Shown piece by piece: positions 48,983 to 58,281 of a DNA stretch of 64,000 nt (positions are counted from its first letter, which is position 1; each line of letters begins with the position of its first letter). The translations under genes and the position numbers were made by a program. The notes beneath the pieces were generated by a model. It searched no databases and was not told where the DNA came from. It saw only the letters and a program-made list of their open reading frames with translations. This DNA is from Gammaproteobacteria bacterium (GTDB lineage: Bacteria > Pseudomonadota > Gammaproteobacteria > Eutrophobiales > Eutrophobiaceae). The DNA lies in NCBI GenBank assembly GCA_965222155.1, contig CBDCTH010000004.1, positions 416,001 to 480,000 of the forward strand, read 5' to 3'.

Positions 48983-51070
48983 TTACTTCAATGGGTGGAT
49001 CAGCAGAGATTCGTTGGCAGTCAGCGAGACCTCCGATCCGGCGTCAACAACCAGTGTGGTTACCGGTGACTCCACTAGCAGCGGGCCGGCATAGCACCGC
49101 CCGGTTTCAAGGTCACGCACCTGGTAAACCGGGGTATCGACTGTTCCCAGGTCCGGGAAGTATGCCTTGCGCGTGCCGCTTACGCCGCTCCGGCCCGGCG
49201 CGGTAGGTGACTTTATCGCGTCCGGATCCTGCAGTGAGCAACTGACTCGCGCTACCCAGGTCAGTACTTCCACGTCCGAGGCCGTGTCGCGCACCGCGAA
49301 CAGCGCGTCATGGGTGTCGTGGAAGCTTTCGACCAGGGCAGTGACATCTTCAGCGGAGCTGAATTCCGGGCGCGCCAGCGGCACCTCGATCTCCCATACT
49401 TGTTCCTGATAGCGCGCTTCAACGGAGAAATTGATCTCGGAGCGTATCGAACCGGCGCCAGGGCCGTTACAGAATTCCCGGCACTGGGCGTTGAGTCCGT
49501 CCAGCACGGCATTGGCACGTTCACGGTCAAATACCCTGGCGGACATGAGTTCGGTCGCGGTAAAAGTGGCGCGCAGGTCCGACAACAGCGCCCCGGTCGC
49601 GCTGAGCGCGGCGGACGCACTGGGGATCAGCACCGGCCAGCAACCGAGTCGGCGGGCGATACCGGTGCAGTACAGACCGCCCCCGCCGCCGCCGCCGATG
49701 AGCAGGCCCTGGCGCGGGTCTATACCCTTGTTGAGGGTAATTTCCTCGATCGCGGTGACCATTCGTTCCGTTGCAAGGGTCAGGATTGCGGAGGCAGCTT
49801 CGTTCAGGTCAAGCCCCAGCGGCTCGGCAACCTGGCGCCGGATGGCGTTGACAGCCGGTTCGACGGTGACCTCGATTTCACCGCCCAGGAAGTATTGCGG
49901 GTCCAGGTAACCGAGTACCAGACACGCGTCGGTCACCGTCGGTTGTTCGCCGCCATGGGCGTAACATGCCGGTCCGGGGTGCGCGCCCGCACTCATGGGT
50001 CCGACGTGCAGCATGCCGCCTGAGTCGACCCAGGCGATGCTGCCCCCGCCGGCGCCGACGCTGCGCACGTCCACTGACGGGAAACCGGTCATGTAACCGG
50101 CCGTTTGATCGCCTACCATGGTCTCACGGGTGGTCGGGATCTCGCCGTCACGCAGCAGGCTGACGTCGAAGGTCGTGCCGCCGGCGTCGGTGACGATGGC
50201 GGTCATGCCGCCGCCGTCGAGCGCGGCAAAGTGTCGGCCTGCCACCGGCGCGCCTGCCGGGCCTGAGCCGATCGAATGGATAGGGGTTTCCGCAACGTGT
50301 TCGGCGTCCAGTACGCCGCCGGACGAAGTCATGATCAGCAATCGCCCCTGGAAGCCGTTTATCCTGAGTTCCTCTTCCAGGTGGCGGAAGAAACGGCTCA
50401 TCAACGGTTTCAGTGAGGCGTCAATGGCAGTCGATGAGGCGCGCCGGTACTCGCGTACCGACGGGTTGAGCCGGCTGGACAGGGTATAGGGTATGCCGGG
50501 CAGTTCCTGTTCCAGCAGTTCGCCGATACGGGTCTCATGCTCGTTGTTGATCATCGACCACAACAGGCATACGGCAACCGCTTCAACCCCTGTCTCGCGC
50601 AGGCGGGCCATCACTTCCAGCACCTGCTGCTCATCCAGTGCGGTGAGCGCCACGCCGCCGCCGGACAGACGTTCACGGATATCGAATGTCAGCGCCCGCG
50701 GGATATACGGCTCCGGATACTCCTGGCTGTAGTCGAACAGGGTGCGCCGTCCACCGCCTTCGCGCAACAGCAGGATGTCCGGGTGGCCCTCGGTGACCAG
50801 CAGTGCGGTGCGTGCGGTGCTGCTGGTGACGATCGCGTTGGTTGCCAGGGTCGTGCCGAACACGAACAGGTCGGTGCGCTCAAGCAGATCTGTTACGGAG
50901 CTGTTGAGGTCGGCTGCTGCTGCGCCCAGCGTGTCGAACAGACCGACTACCGGGTCGGACGGTGTAGTGGGACGTTTATACAAGCGCGCCGCGCCGCCGG
51001 CGCTGTTGACAACCAGGTCCGTAAAGGTGCCGCCGGTGTCGGCTGCTAACGTCAGGCGTGGCTCGTTCAT
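48983..51070 (-). CDS. Hydantoinase A/oxoprolinase family subunit (ATP-binding)
   Basis: DTGGTFTD, GTTLATNA, SGPAG, DAGGTTFD, GAGGGSIA, GPACY. Confidence 0.92.
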   Translation of the reverse strand: MNEPRLTLAADTGGTFTDLVVNSAGGAARLYKRPTTPSDPVVGLFDTLGAAAADLNSSVTDLLERTDLFVFGTTLATNAIVTSSTARTALLVTEGHPDILLLREGGGRRTLFDYSQEYPEPYIPRALTFDIRERLSGGGVALTALDEQQVLEVMARLRETGVEAVAVCLLWSMINNEHETRIGELLEQELPGIPYTLSSRLNPSVREYRRASSTAIDASLKPLMSRFFRHLEEELRINGFQGRLLIMTSSGGVLDAEHVAETPIHSIGSGPAGAPVAGRHFAALDGGGMTAIVTDAGGTTFDVSLLRDGEIPTTRETMVGDQTAGYMTGFPSVDVRSVGAGGGSIAWVDSGGMLHVGPMSAGAHPGPACYAHGGEQPTVTDACLVLGYLDPQYFLGGEIEVTVEPAVNAIRRQVAEPLGLDLNEAASAILTLATERMVTAIEEITLNKGIDPRQGLLIGGGGGGGLYCTGIARRLGCWPVLIPSASAALSATGALLSDLRATFTATELMSARVFDRERANAVLDGLNAQCREFCNGPGAGSIRSEINFSVEARYQEQVWEIEVPLARPEFSSAEDVTALVESFHDTHDALFAVRDTASDVEVLTWVARVSCSLQDPDAIKSPTAPGRSGVSGTRKAYFPDLGTVDTPVYQVRDLETGRCYAGPLLVESPVTTLVVDAGSEVSLTANESLLIHPLK

Positions 51071-51071
51071 A

Positions 51072-51231
51072 TCCCGCATATCTTACCAATGGGTGCGAGG
51101 ATCGCGCCGGATTTTTGCCGCCGGCGGGTGCCTGCGAGCGAAAGCATAGTCGTCTCTCTGGTTGAGTGAGCACGTGCCCGCCGGCGGTAAAAAGACCAGC
51201 GAGGACGTACCCATTGGTGAGATATGCGGGA
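51072..51231. mobile_element. 160-bp TA-targeting MITE
   Basis: IRs TCCCGCATATCTTACCAATGGG / CCCATTGGTGAGATATGCGGGA flanked by TA; same family as 45896..46208. Confidence 0.78.
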
Positions 51232-51236
51232 TACCA

Positions 51237-51965
51237 TCACAACTCAGCCTGGTGATGCAGGTGGAATTCGGGGATGACGGTGGCGGGGTCCTGGCGCAGG
51301 CAGAAGGCGACGGCGCGGGCGACTGCGTCGGGGTCCAGCCAGCCCCGCTCGGGGTCCCATTGCTCCGACTCCCGCGCCATGGGCGTTTCGGCGCGGCCCG
51401 GCGTGATCGCGGTAACCCGTATCGATGTTTCCTTGAGGTCCTGCGCCACGGAATGGGCGAGGCCGAGGATGCCCCATTTGCCGGCGCTGTAGGCGCAACT
51501 GTGCCGTGCGCCGCGCCGGCCGGCTATGGAAGAGATGAATATCAGTCGGCCGTCATCATGCTCCAGCATGCTCTGGCGCAACACTTCCCGGGTACACAGG
51601 AATTCCCCGCGCAGGTTGACGGCCATGAGACTGTCCCAGGTTTCTGTATCCGTCTCCCATACCGGCGCCACCAGCCGGATACCGGCGTTGTTCACCAGGG
51701 CATGAATTTGACCGAAAGTTTCGACCGTTTGCCCGACTGCGTTAATCACGTCATTCTCTGAGGTGACGCTCGCATGCAGCGGCAGGGTGGTTACGGCGTA
51801 GCGGTTTTGCAAATCTTCAAGCGCTGTTTCCAGCTCTCCTGCGCGAGTGTCCAGACCCGCGATCATCATGCCGGCGCGGGCAAGTTCCGAAGCGATGTGC
51901 AGGCCAAGACCGCGTGCGGCCCCGGTAACCAGCGCGACGCGCCCTGTGAGATCGATGTCATTCAT
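51237..51965 (-). CDS. Short-chain dehydrogenase/reductase
   Basis: TGAARGLG, NNAG, YSAGK. Confidence 0.92.
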   Translation of the reverse strand: MNDIDLTGRVALVTGAARGLGLHIASELARAGMMIAGLDTRAGELETALEDLQNRYAVTTLPLHASVTSENDVINAVGQTVETFGQIHALVNNAGIRLVAPVWETDTETWDSLMAVNLRGEFLCTREVLRQSMLEHDDGRLIFISSIAGRRGARHSCAYSAGKWGILGLAHSVAQDLKETSIRVTAITPGRAETPMARESEQWDPERGWLDPDAVARAVAFCLRQDPATVIPEFHLHHQAEL

Positions 51966-52300
51966 CAGGGTAGCCCCAGGTCTGATAAGGGACGCCCCAT
52001 GCGCACATCGACCTTGATATATTTAAACAGCGGCCGCTCACCGCAGCGCAGTTGATCGACCACCTCGATCATGATTTCATGGCTGGGCGCATCACACATC
52101 ACGTAAAACGTCCACGGGTAACCGAATGTCGGCCCGATCTGGATTTGGTCATCATCGAGTGACGAGAGTACTTCAATTCCGTAACGTTCTTTCCAGCCAC
52201 CGAACACTTCCCGGCATTTGTCGAACACGTACCTGCGCTCGTCGGCCGAACCTTCAAAGAATGCCGGCTGCACCCCGGCGCAAACCAGAACTCGTACCAT
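51965..52300 (-). CDS. IacB-like small protein
   Basis: RVLVCAG...FF...VLSSLDDDQIQIGPTFGYPWTFY..D.P...KYIKVDVRMGR matches my recollection of IacB (indole-3-acetate catabolism); RBS AGGAGGAG. Confidence 0.65.
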   Translation of the reverse strand: MVRVLVCAGVQPAFFEGSADERRYVFDKCREVFGGWKERYGIEVLSSLDDDQIQIGPTFGYPWTFYVMCDAPSHEIMIEVVDQLRCGERPLFKYIKVDVRMGRPLSDLGLP

Positions 52301-54043
52301 AATTTAACTCCTCCTGCCGTCATTCCGGCGAATGCCGGAATCCAGTAAAATTTACTTTCATTCTGCCGTCATTCCGGCGAATGCCGGAATCCAGTAAAAT
52401 TTACCTTTATTATAAGGAATAGTTCCTGACTGGATTCCGGCATTCGCCGGAATGACGACTGATTAGTATTCGGTAAATATTTCATCTACATGGATCGTTC
52501 ATAAATCAATCGAGTCTGACCCCATTGATTCTTCTGATTCTTCCAAGCTATTAATACCTGTAGCTGAAATTTAACTCCTCCTGCCGTCATTCCGGCGAAT
52601 GCCGGAATCCAGTGAAATTTACCTTTATTATAAGGAATAGTTCCCGACTGGATTCCGGCATTCGCCGGAATGACGACTGATTAGTATTCGGTAAATGTTT
52701 CATCTACATAGATCGTTCATAAATCAATCGAGTCTGACCCCATTGATTCTTCTGATTCTTCCAAGCTATGAATACCTGTAGCTGAAATAACTCCTCCTGC
52801 CGTCATTCCGGCGAATGCCGGAATCCAGTGAAATTTACCTTTATTATAAGGAATAGATCCCGACTGGATTCCGGCATTCGCCGGAATGACGACTGATTAG
52901 TATTCGGTAAATGTTTCATCTACATGGATCGTTCGCAAATCAATCGAGTCTGACCCCATTGATTCTTCTGATTCTTCCAAGCTATGAATACCTGTAGCTG
53001 AAATTTAACTCCTCCTGCCATCATTCCGGCGAATGCCGGAATCCAGTAAAATTTACCTTTATTATAAGGAATAGTTCCTGACTGGATTCCGGCATTCGCC
53101 GGAATGACGACTGATTAGTATTCGGTAAATATTTCATCTACATGGATCGTTCATAAATCAATCGAGTCTGACCCCATTGATTCTTCTGATTCTTCCAAGC
53201 TATTAATACCTGTAGCTGAAATTTAACTCCTCCTGCCGTCATTCCGGCGAATGCCGGAATCCAGTGAAATTTACCTTCATTATAAGGAATAGTTCCCGAC
53301 TGGATTCCGGCATTCGCCGGAATGACGACTGATTAGTATTCGGTAAATGTTTCATCTACATGGATCGTTCATAAATCAATCGAGTCTGACCCCATTGATT
53401 CTTCTGATTCTTCCAAGCTATGAATACCTGTGGCTGAAATTTAACTCCTCCTGCCGTCATTCCGGCGAATGCCGGAATCCAGTAAAATTTACCTTTATTA
53501 TAAGGAATAGTTCCTGACTGGATTCCGGCATTCGCCGGAATGACGACTGATTAGTATTCGGTAAATGTTTCATCTACATGGATCGTTCATAAATCAATCG
53601 AGTCTGACCCCATTGATTCTTCTGATTCTTCCAAGCTATGAATACCTGTAGCTGAAATTTAACTCCTCCTGCCATCATTCCGGCGAATGCCGGAATCCAG
53701 TAAAATTTACCTTTATTATAAGGAATAGTTCCTGACTGGATTCCGGCATTCGCCGGAATGACGACTGATTAGTATTCGGTAAATGTTTCATCTACATGGA
53801 TCGTTCATAAATCAATCGAGTCTGACCCCATTGATTCTTCTGATTCTTCCAAGCTATTAATACCTGTAGCTGAAATTTAACTCCTCCTGCCGTCATTCCG
53901 GCGAATGCCGGATCCGGCATTCGCCGGAATGACGACTGATTAGTATTCGGTAAATGTTTCATCTACATGGATCGTTCATAAATCAATCGAGTCTGACCCC
54001 ATTGATTCTTCTGATTCTTCCAAGCTATTAATACCTGTAGCTG
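52301..54043. repeat. Tandem array of 8 units of about 218 bp (amplified intergenic region containing a REP doublet)
   Basis: Unit starts at 52301, 52567, 52785, 53001, 53219, 53437, 53655 and 53873. Each unit has inverted GTCATTCCGGCGAATGCCGGAATCCAG palindromes and AAATCAATCGAGTCTGACCCC. Confidence 0.95.
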
Positions 54044-54309
54044 ATGATCAGTGCGATTAAGGTCACACTGATAATGGCGCTCAGTGTCATGCAGATCAAC
54101 AGGACGGTGCTGCGTTTGAAGTAGCCTTCCACCGCAAAAGCCGCCTGCACAGCCGCGTAAATGATGAACATCTGGATTGCCAGGCCCTCGGTCACCTGGG
54201 TTTGTATCAGTTTGACCAGTTGCGGCAGCATCGCACACACGTTGATTATGCCCATACTCCAGATGATATACGGCCAACGTATTGATTTTGCAAATTCTTC
54301 GCGGGTCAT
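54028..54309 (-). CDS. PQ-loop/SemiSWEET-like small transporter
   Basis: 93 aa with 3 hydrophobic segments and AMLPQLVKLIQT..TEGL motif; RBS GAGGG. Confidence 0.7.
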   Translation of the reverse strand: MTREEFAKSIRWPYIIWSMGIINVCAMLPQLVKLIQTQVTEGLAIQMFIIYAAVQAAFAVEGYFKRSTVLLICMTLSAIISVTLIALIISYRY

Positions 54310-54311
54310 GG

Positions 54312-55910
54312 TTATGCCCTCCTATTTATGTCTGATTCATCACGATCCCAGGTTTCCGGGCTGACTCCCCATTCCTTAAGCATATACTTTTTTACTTTCC
54401 CGTTCTCGGTTAACGGCAGTTCGTCCACGAATTCCAGGTAGCGCGGTACCGCGAACCGGGCGATACGGTGGTCGAGAAACCGGATCACCGCGCTCGGCTC
54501 CGGGATGTTACCGTCGCGCGGGACGACAAATGCCATGACGTCATCTTCGCCTACGTCTGCCGGGACACCGACAACAGCGGCATTCTTTATGTCCGGGTGG
54601 GACAATAACGCCTGTTCAACCTCCCAGGTGGAGATATTCTCGCCGCGCCGCCTGATGGAATCCTTGATACGGTCGAGAAAGTGGTAGATTCCCTGCTCAT
54701 CCCGGACCACGCGGTCGCCGGTATGGAACCACAGGTTGCGCCAGGCGGCTGCGGTAGCCTCGGGGTTGCCGAAATAGCCGTTGCCGACGCTGAACGGTTC
54801 GGAATGGCGGATCACCAGTTCCCCGGAGGCGCCGGCGGGGACCTCGCAGTCACTCTCATCGACTATGCGTACCTCAAAGCCGGGAACGACGCGCCCCATC
54901 GTCCCGGGCGCATAGCCGCCGATCACGTTCGACATGACCAGGTTGGTTTCCGTGGAACCATAACCTTCGATAAGTCGAATACCGAAGCGTTGATAAAACT
55001 GCTCCACGAGTTCCGGCGATGTTGCCGGTGACAGGCTGACGCGGATGCTGTGTGCGCGGTCTGCCGCTCCCGGTGGGGACTTGAGCAGAATATACACCAT
55101 TGCGCCCAGCAGGTAAGTTACCGTTGCGTCGGCCTGACGCGCCTGAGTCCAGAACTGCGAAGCGGAGAAACGTTCGCCGAAAGAAAATGTGGCGCCGGCA
55201 AGCAAGGCCTGCCAGATGGTATTCAAGGCATTGGTGTGGAAGAACGGTAGCACGGTGAACAGCACGTCGTCTGAATTAATATCCAGGGCGTCGCCGGTCA
55301 GCAGTCCCCACCAGAAGAACTGGGCATGGGGACAAATCACGCCCTTGGAAGGACCGCTCGTGCCGGAGGTGTACAGGATTGCTGCCGGGTCGCCCGGTTG
55401 TGCCGCATGCGCGGCAAGCGGTTCTCCGAGTGGCGGCAATGAGGTTACCGGCAGGTCGTTATCCGGATTCGCACTAATGTCGTTGTCCGTGACCCAGACA
55501 AGGATGCCGGACTGCAGCCCGATGTCCGGTTCACGGAGATGTGCAAGCAGGCCGCGCTCGGTGACGACAAGCACTGGGTGCGCCAGCGTCAGGGCGTGGC
55601 GTAACTGTGCGCCGCGAAACCCTGTATTGATGGGCGCCAGCACTGCGCCCAGCCAGGCCGCGCCGAACCACAGTTCGATCAGGTCCGTGCTGTTGGACAG
55701 GAACGCGATGACCCGGTCTCCGGCCTTTACCCCGGCGGCTGCAAGCCGGCCTGCGCAGCGCGCGGCAATATCCGGCGCTTCTGCATAAGTGATTGAACGG
55801 GACGATGATACGATCAACGGCTTGTCGTTGTAGCGCGCCGCGTGCAGGGCGAGTATCCGGGGTAGGGTCCGACCGGCGTAGGGTATTGATCGAGCTTGAT
55901 TAGCGCTCAC
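54312..55910 (-). CDS. ATP-dependent acyl-CoA ligase (CaiC-like)
   Basis: YTSGTSGPSKG, LPFFHTNA, EGYGSTE, WFHTGD, RRRGENIS, LPLTENGKVKK. Confidence 0.92.
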   Translation of the reverse strand: MSANQARSIPYAGRTLPRILALHAARYNDKPLIVSSSRSITYAEAPDIAARCAGRLAAAGVKAGDRVIAFLSNSTDLIELWFGAAWLGAVLAPINTGFRGAQLRHALTLAHPVLVVTERGLLAHLREPDIGLQSGILVWVTDNDISANPDNDLPVTSLPPLGEPLAAHAAQPGDPAAILYTSGTSGPSKGVICPHAQFFWWGLLTGDALDINSDDVLFTVLPFFHTNALNTIWQALLAGATFSFGERFSASQFWTQARQADATVTYLLGAMVYILLKSPPGAADRAHSIRVSLSPATSPELVEQFYQRFGIRLIEGYGSTETNLVMSNVIGGYAPGTMGRVVPGFEVRIVDESDCEVPAGASGELVIRHSEPFSVGNGYFGNPEATAAAWRNLWFHTGDRVVRDEQGIYHFLDRIKDSIRRRGENISTWEVEQALLSHPDIKNAAVVGVPADVGEDDVMAFVVPRDGNIPEPSAVIRFLDHRIARFAVPRYLEFVDELPLTENGKVKKYMLKEWGVSPETWDRDESDINRRA

Positions 55911-55971
55911 AACCGACTCCGTATCAAGTAAATTATCTTATGAAGCTAGCAATCCTCAGGTGGACATTCTA

Positions 55972-55986
55972 ATCACAATTCGTGAT
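55972..55986. promoter_or_regulatory. Putative LysR-type operator
   Basis: ATCAC-N5-GTGAT palindrome (T-N11-A) about 60 bp upstream of the CoA-ligase start, next to a LysR gene. Confidence 0.5.
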
Positions 55987-56039
55987 ATTGAATCATCATA
56001 AAAAACTATCCGGTGGACGGATATTTGGGATATTTGGGG

Positions 56040-56939
56040 TCAGACGCTGCGCGCCAGTCGCTGGAGGAGGCCGCGCAACCAGGCATGTCCGGCATCGTCG
56101 TCCAGGTGCTTGTGCCACATCTGGTAAACGGGGACGGGGTGCGTGAATACCGGGTTGGGACAGATCGCAAGATTCATTTGTCTGGCATAGAATTTTGCCA
56201 GCCGTTCCGGCAGGCAGGCTACCAGGTTGGTGTTGGCCACTATGCCGGGCATCGCCAGCAGGTGTGATACCTCGGCGACCACCTTGCGCTGCAATCCCTG
56301 TTTCTCGAGTTCACGTTCGATCATGGGGATGTGTGTACGCGTAGGTCGCAAGGCAACGTGTTCCGATTCGAGAAAATCATCCAATGACAAGCCTGCAATG
56401 ACTTGCGCGTGATCTTTGCAGGCAACACAGTAACTCCGGTCTTCGAAGACCAGTTCCACGTGGTAGTGGGGGTCGTCGATCCTGACCCAGTCCCAGACAA
56501 CGTCAACTGTCCCGGACCTCATTTCAGGCGTTAAGGTCGCGCCGGGTTCGGGCAGGCAAATGACCTCCACACCCGGGGCGCTGTCGTTCAGTTCGCGAAT
56601 GAGGTAGGGCAGGAAGTGCAGTTCGCCGTAGTCCGTCAACGCGACGGTAAACTGGCGGTGCAGGGACTCCGGTTGAAACTCAAGGTGACTTTCCAGTGTC
56701 CCGTCTACCAGGTTCAGTGATTCCCGTATGGGACCGGCAATCTCCAGGGCCTTTGCCGTTGGCGCTACGCCTTTGGGCGTGCGTATGAACAACTCGTCGC
56801 CATATAGCGCGCGCAGACTGCTGAGTGCATTACTGATTGCCGGCTGCGATACACACAGCCTCGCCGCCGCGCGGGTGATGTTACGCTCGTCCATCACCGC
56901 GTCAAACACCTTCAGCAGATTAAGGTTTACGTTGCGCAT
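56040..56939 (-). CDS. LysR-family transcriptional regulator
   Basis: NLNLLKVFDAVMDERNITRAAARLCVSQPAISNALSSLR HTH; start uncertain (56939-57020). Confidence 0.93.
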   Translation of the reverse strand: MRNVNLNLLKVFDAVMDERNITRAAARLCVSQPAISNALSSLRALYGDELFIRTPKGVAPTAKALEIAGPIRESLNLVDGTLESHLEFQPESLHRQFTVALTDYGELHFLPYLIRELNDSAPGVEVICLPEPGATLTPEMRSGTVDVVWDWVRIDDPHYHVELVFEDRSYCVACKDHAQVIAGLSLDDFLESEHVALRPTRTHIPMIERELEKQGLQRKVVAEVSHLLAMPGIVANTNLVACLPERLAKFYARQMNLAICPNPVFTHPVPVYQMWHKHLDDDAGHAWLRGLLQRLARSV

Positions 56940-57016
56940 TGCGACTGTCATAAGTTGTTGACCCGAAAGCTTCATTCGGCGCCGGTGACTGATTGTGGTC
57001 GTATTTTCAGTTATTT

Positions 57017-57628
57017 TCAACTTGTCTGACCCGTGAGAAAATTAATTAACTGAATGTAATCACCCGCATCCGCTCTTCGAAGTGCATTGATATAAACTTC
57101 CCGATGTTCCGGATTGCCTGCTGATATTTCACTGTTCCACTGAAGCGCTCTTTCCTGTAAACATTTTTCCAGCAGAGCATCTGTCATTATTCTTGAGTGG
57201 CGGCCATTCCAATTAGGAAATAGATGAATTTGAACCTGGCGATGATGGAAGCGTGCTGCAAACTCTATCGGGGGATAGGTACGATGGTCTATCCAATAAC
57301 GAGCATCTTCCAATAGCTTATATAGTTCAACACTAATATTTATTGGGTCAATGCCAATGTTCTTTTCTGTCGTCCTGAAACTACCGGCCCACTTCCAGAC
57401 TAATCCAAACAGGCGTTTGTGTAGTTCCCTGGTAAATTCTGTAGTTAACAGGTCCTTATACTTGCGTTGCCTTGCCAGCCATTTCAAACCTTCCTGGATA
57501 TTTTGTTGCTCTAACTGGTTGAGTTGACTGCGGGTTTGAATATGTGGAAACTTCAATCCTTCCAGTTCATTCGGGTCTAACGGTGTAGCGCCATCCGGGT
57601 AATCCATTTTTTTATTTAATCCTCCCAT
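57017..57628 (-). CDS. Fic-domain protein (mobile mystery protein B type)
   Basis: GATPLDP...WKWAGSFR...IHLFPNWNGRHSR; paired with an HTH gene. Confidence 0.85.
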   Translation of the reverse strand: MGGLNKKMDYPDGATPLDPNELEGLKFPHIQTRSQLNQLEQQNIQEGLKWLARQRKYKDLLTTEFTRELHKRLFGLVWKWAGSFRTTEKNIGIDPINISVELYKLLEDARYWIDHRTYPPIEFAARFHHRQVQIHLFPNWNGRHSRIMTDALLEKCLQERALQWNSEISAGNPEHREVYINALRRADAGDYIQLINFLTGQTS

Positions 57629-58077
57629 AAATCTCGCGGCATGGTTTCAAGTAAACGTTGTGTTTCATGGTTGATTTCCTCAACCAGAGCTGTCTTGTTT
57701 AATTGCTGAGCTTCGAGAGCCATCTGAACGTCTGCCTTTGTCACCAGCGTGGTGGCTTTTTCCCTGGCTCTTTCCATTACAGTTTCTTCGATTGGTTGCC
57801 TGGGTACAAGAGCATAAACCAGATCACACTCGAGCGTCTCCGCGACGCGCCGTAATTGTTTGAGTGAGATGCGGTCTTCTGTTTCCATTCGCTCCATTTG
57901 GGAAACCTGCGCTTTTTTTAAGCCGAGTCTACGGCCAAGCTGTGGTCCACTCATGCCCAGCGCCTTTCGGGCGGTACGAATCCACCCCTCTTTCGGGCGG
58001 GAGACCTTCGTCAATGCACAAAGTTGATTGGCCGTATCTTGATACTGTTTAAGAACAGTTCGTCTCATATTAATCAT
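57616..58077 (-). CDS. XRE-HTH protein (mobile mystery protein A type)
   Basis: PKEGWIRTARKALGMS...LECDLVYALVP...MALEAQ...LWED. Confidence 0.85.
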   Translation of the reverse strand: MINMRRTVLKQYQDTANQLCALTKVSRPKEGWIRTARKALGMSGPQLGRRLGLKKAQVSQMERMETEDRISLKQLRRVAETLECDLVYALVPRQPIEETVMERAREKATTLVTKADVQMALEAQQLNKTALVEEINHETQRLLETMPRDLWED

Positions 58078-58092
58078 GATCGTTCTCTATAG

Positions 58093-58174
58093 TCTATAAA
58101 TATAAAGCCTGATAAACATTAATTGGCTATATAAATATAGCATAATTAGAACAACATAGCTATAAATTTATAGC
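58093..58174. promoter_or_regulatory. Three operator-like GCTATA-N4-TATAGC palindromes
   Basis: At 58093 (degenerate), 58126 and 58159, spaced exactly 33 bp apart, upstream of the HTH-Fic pair. Confidence 0.6.
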
Positions 58175-58281
58175 CTGTATGTTTGGAGTCAGAGTGTTTT
58201 TACTCTGACCCCAAATATCCTCTTTGTTATACTCCTCGCCTTGGGGCAATATACGGAGTTTATGTGATAAAGGATGATTAA

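Noticed and set aside
52301-54043. CRISPR or protein-coding repeat
   Set aside because: The units are near-identical with no unique spacers, and no ORF of 60 aa or more lies within the array.
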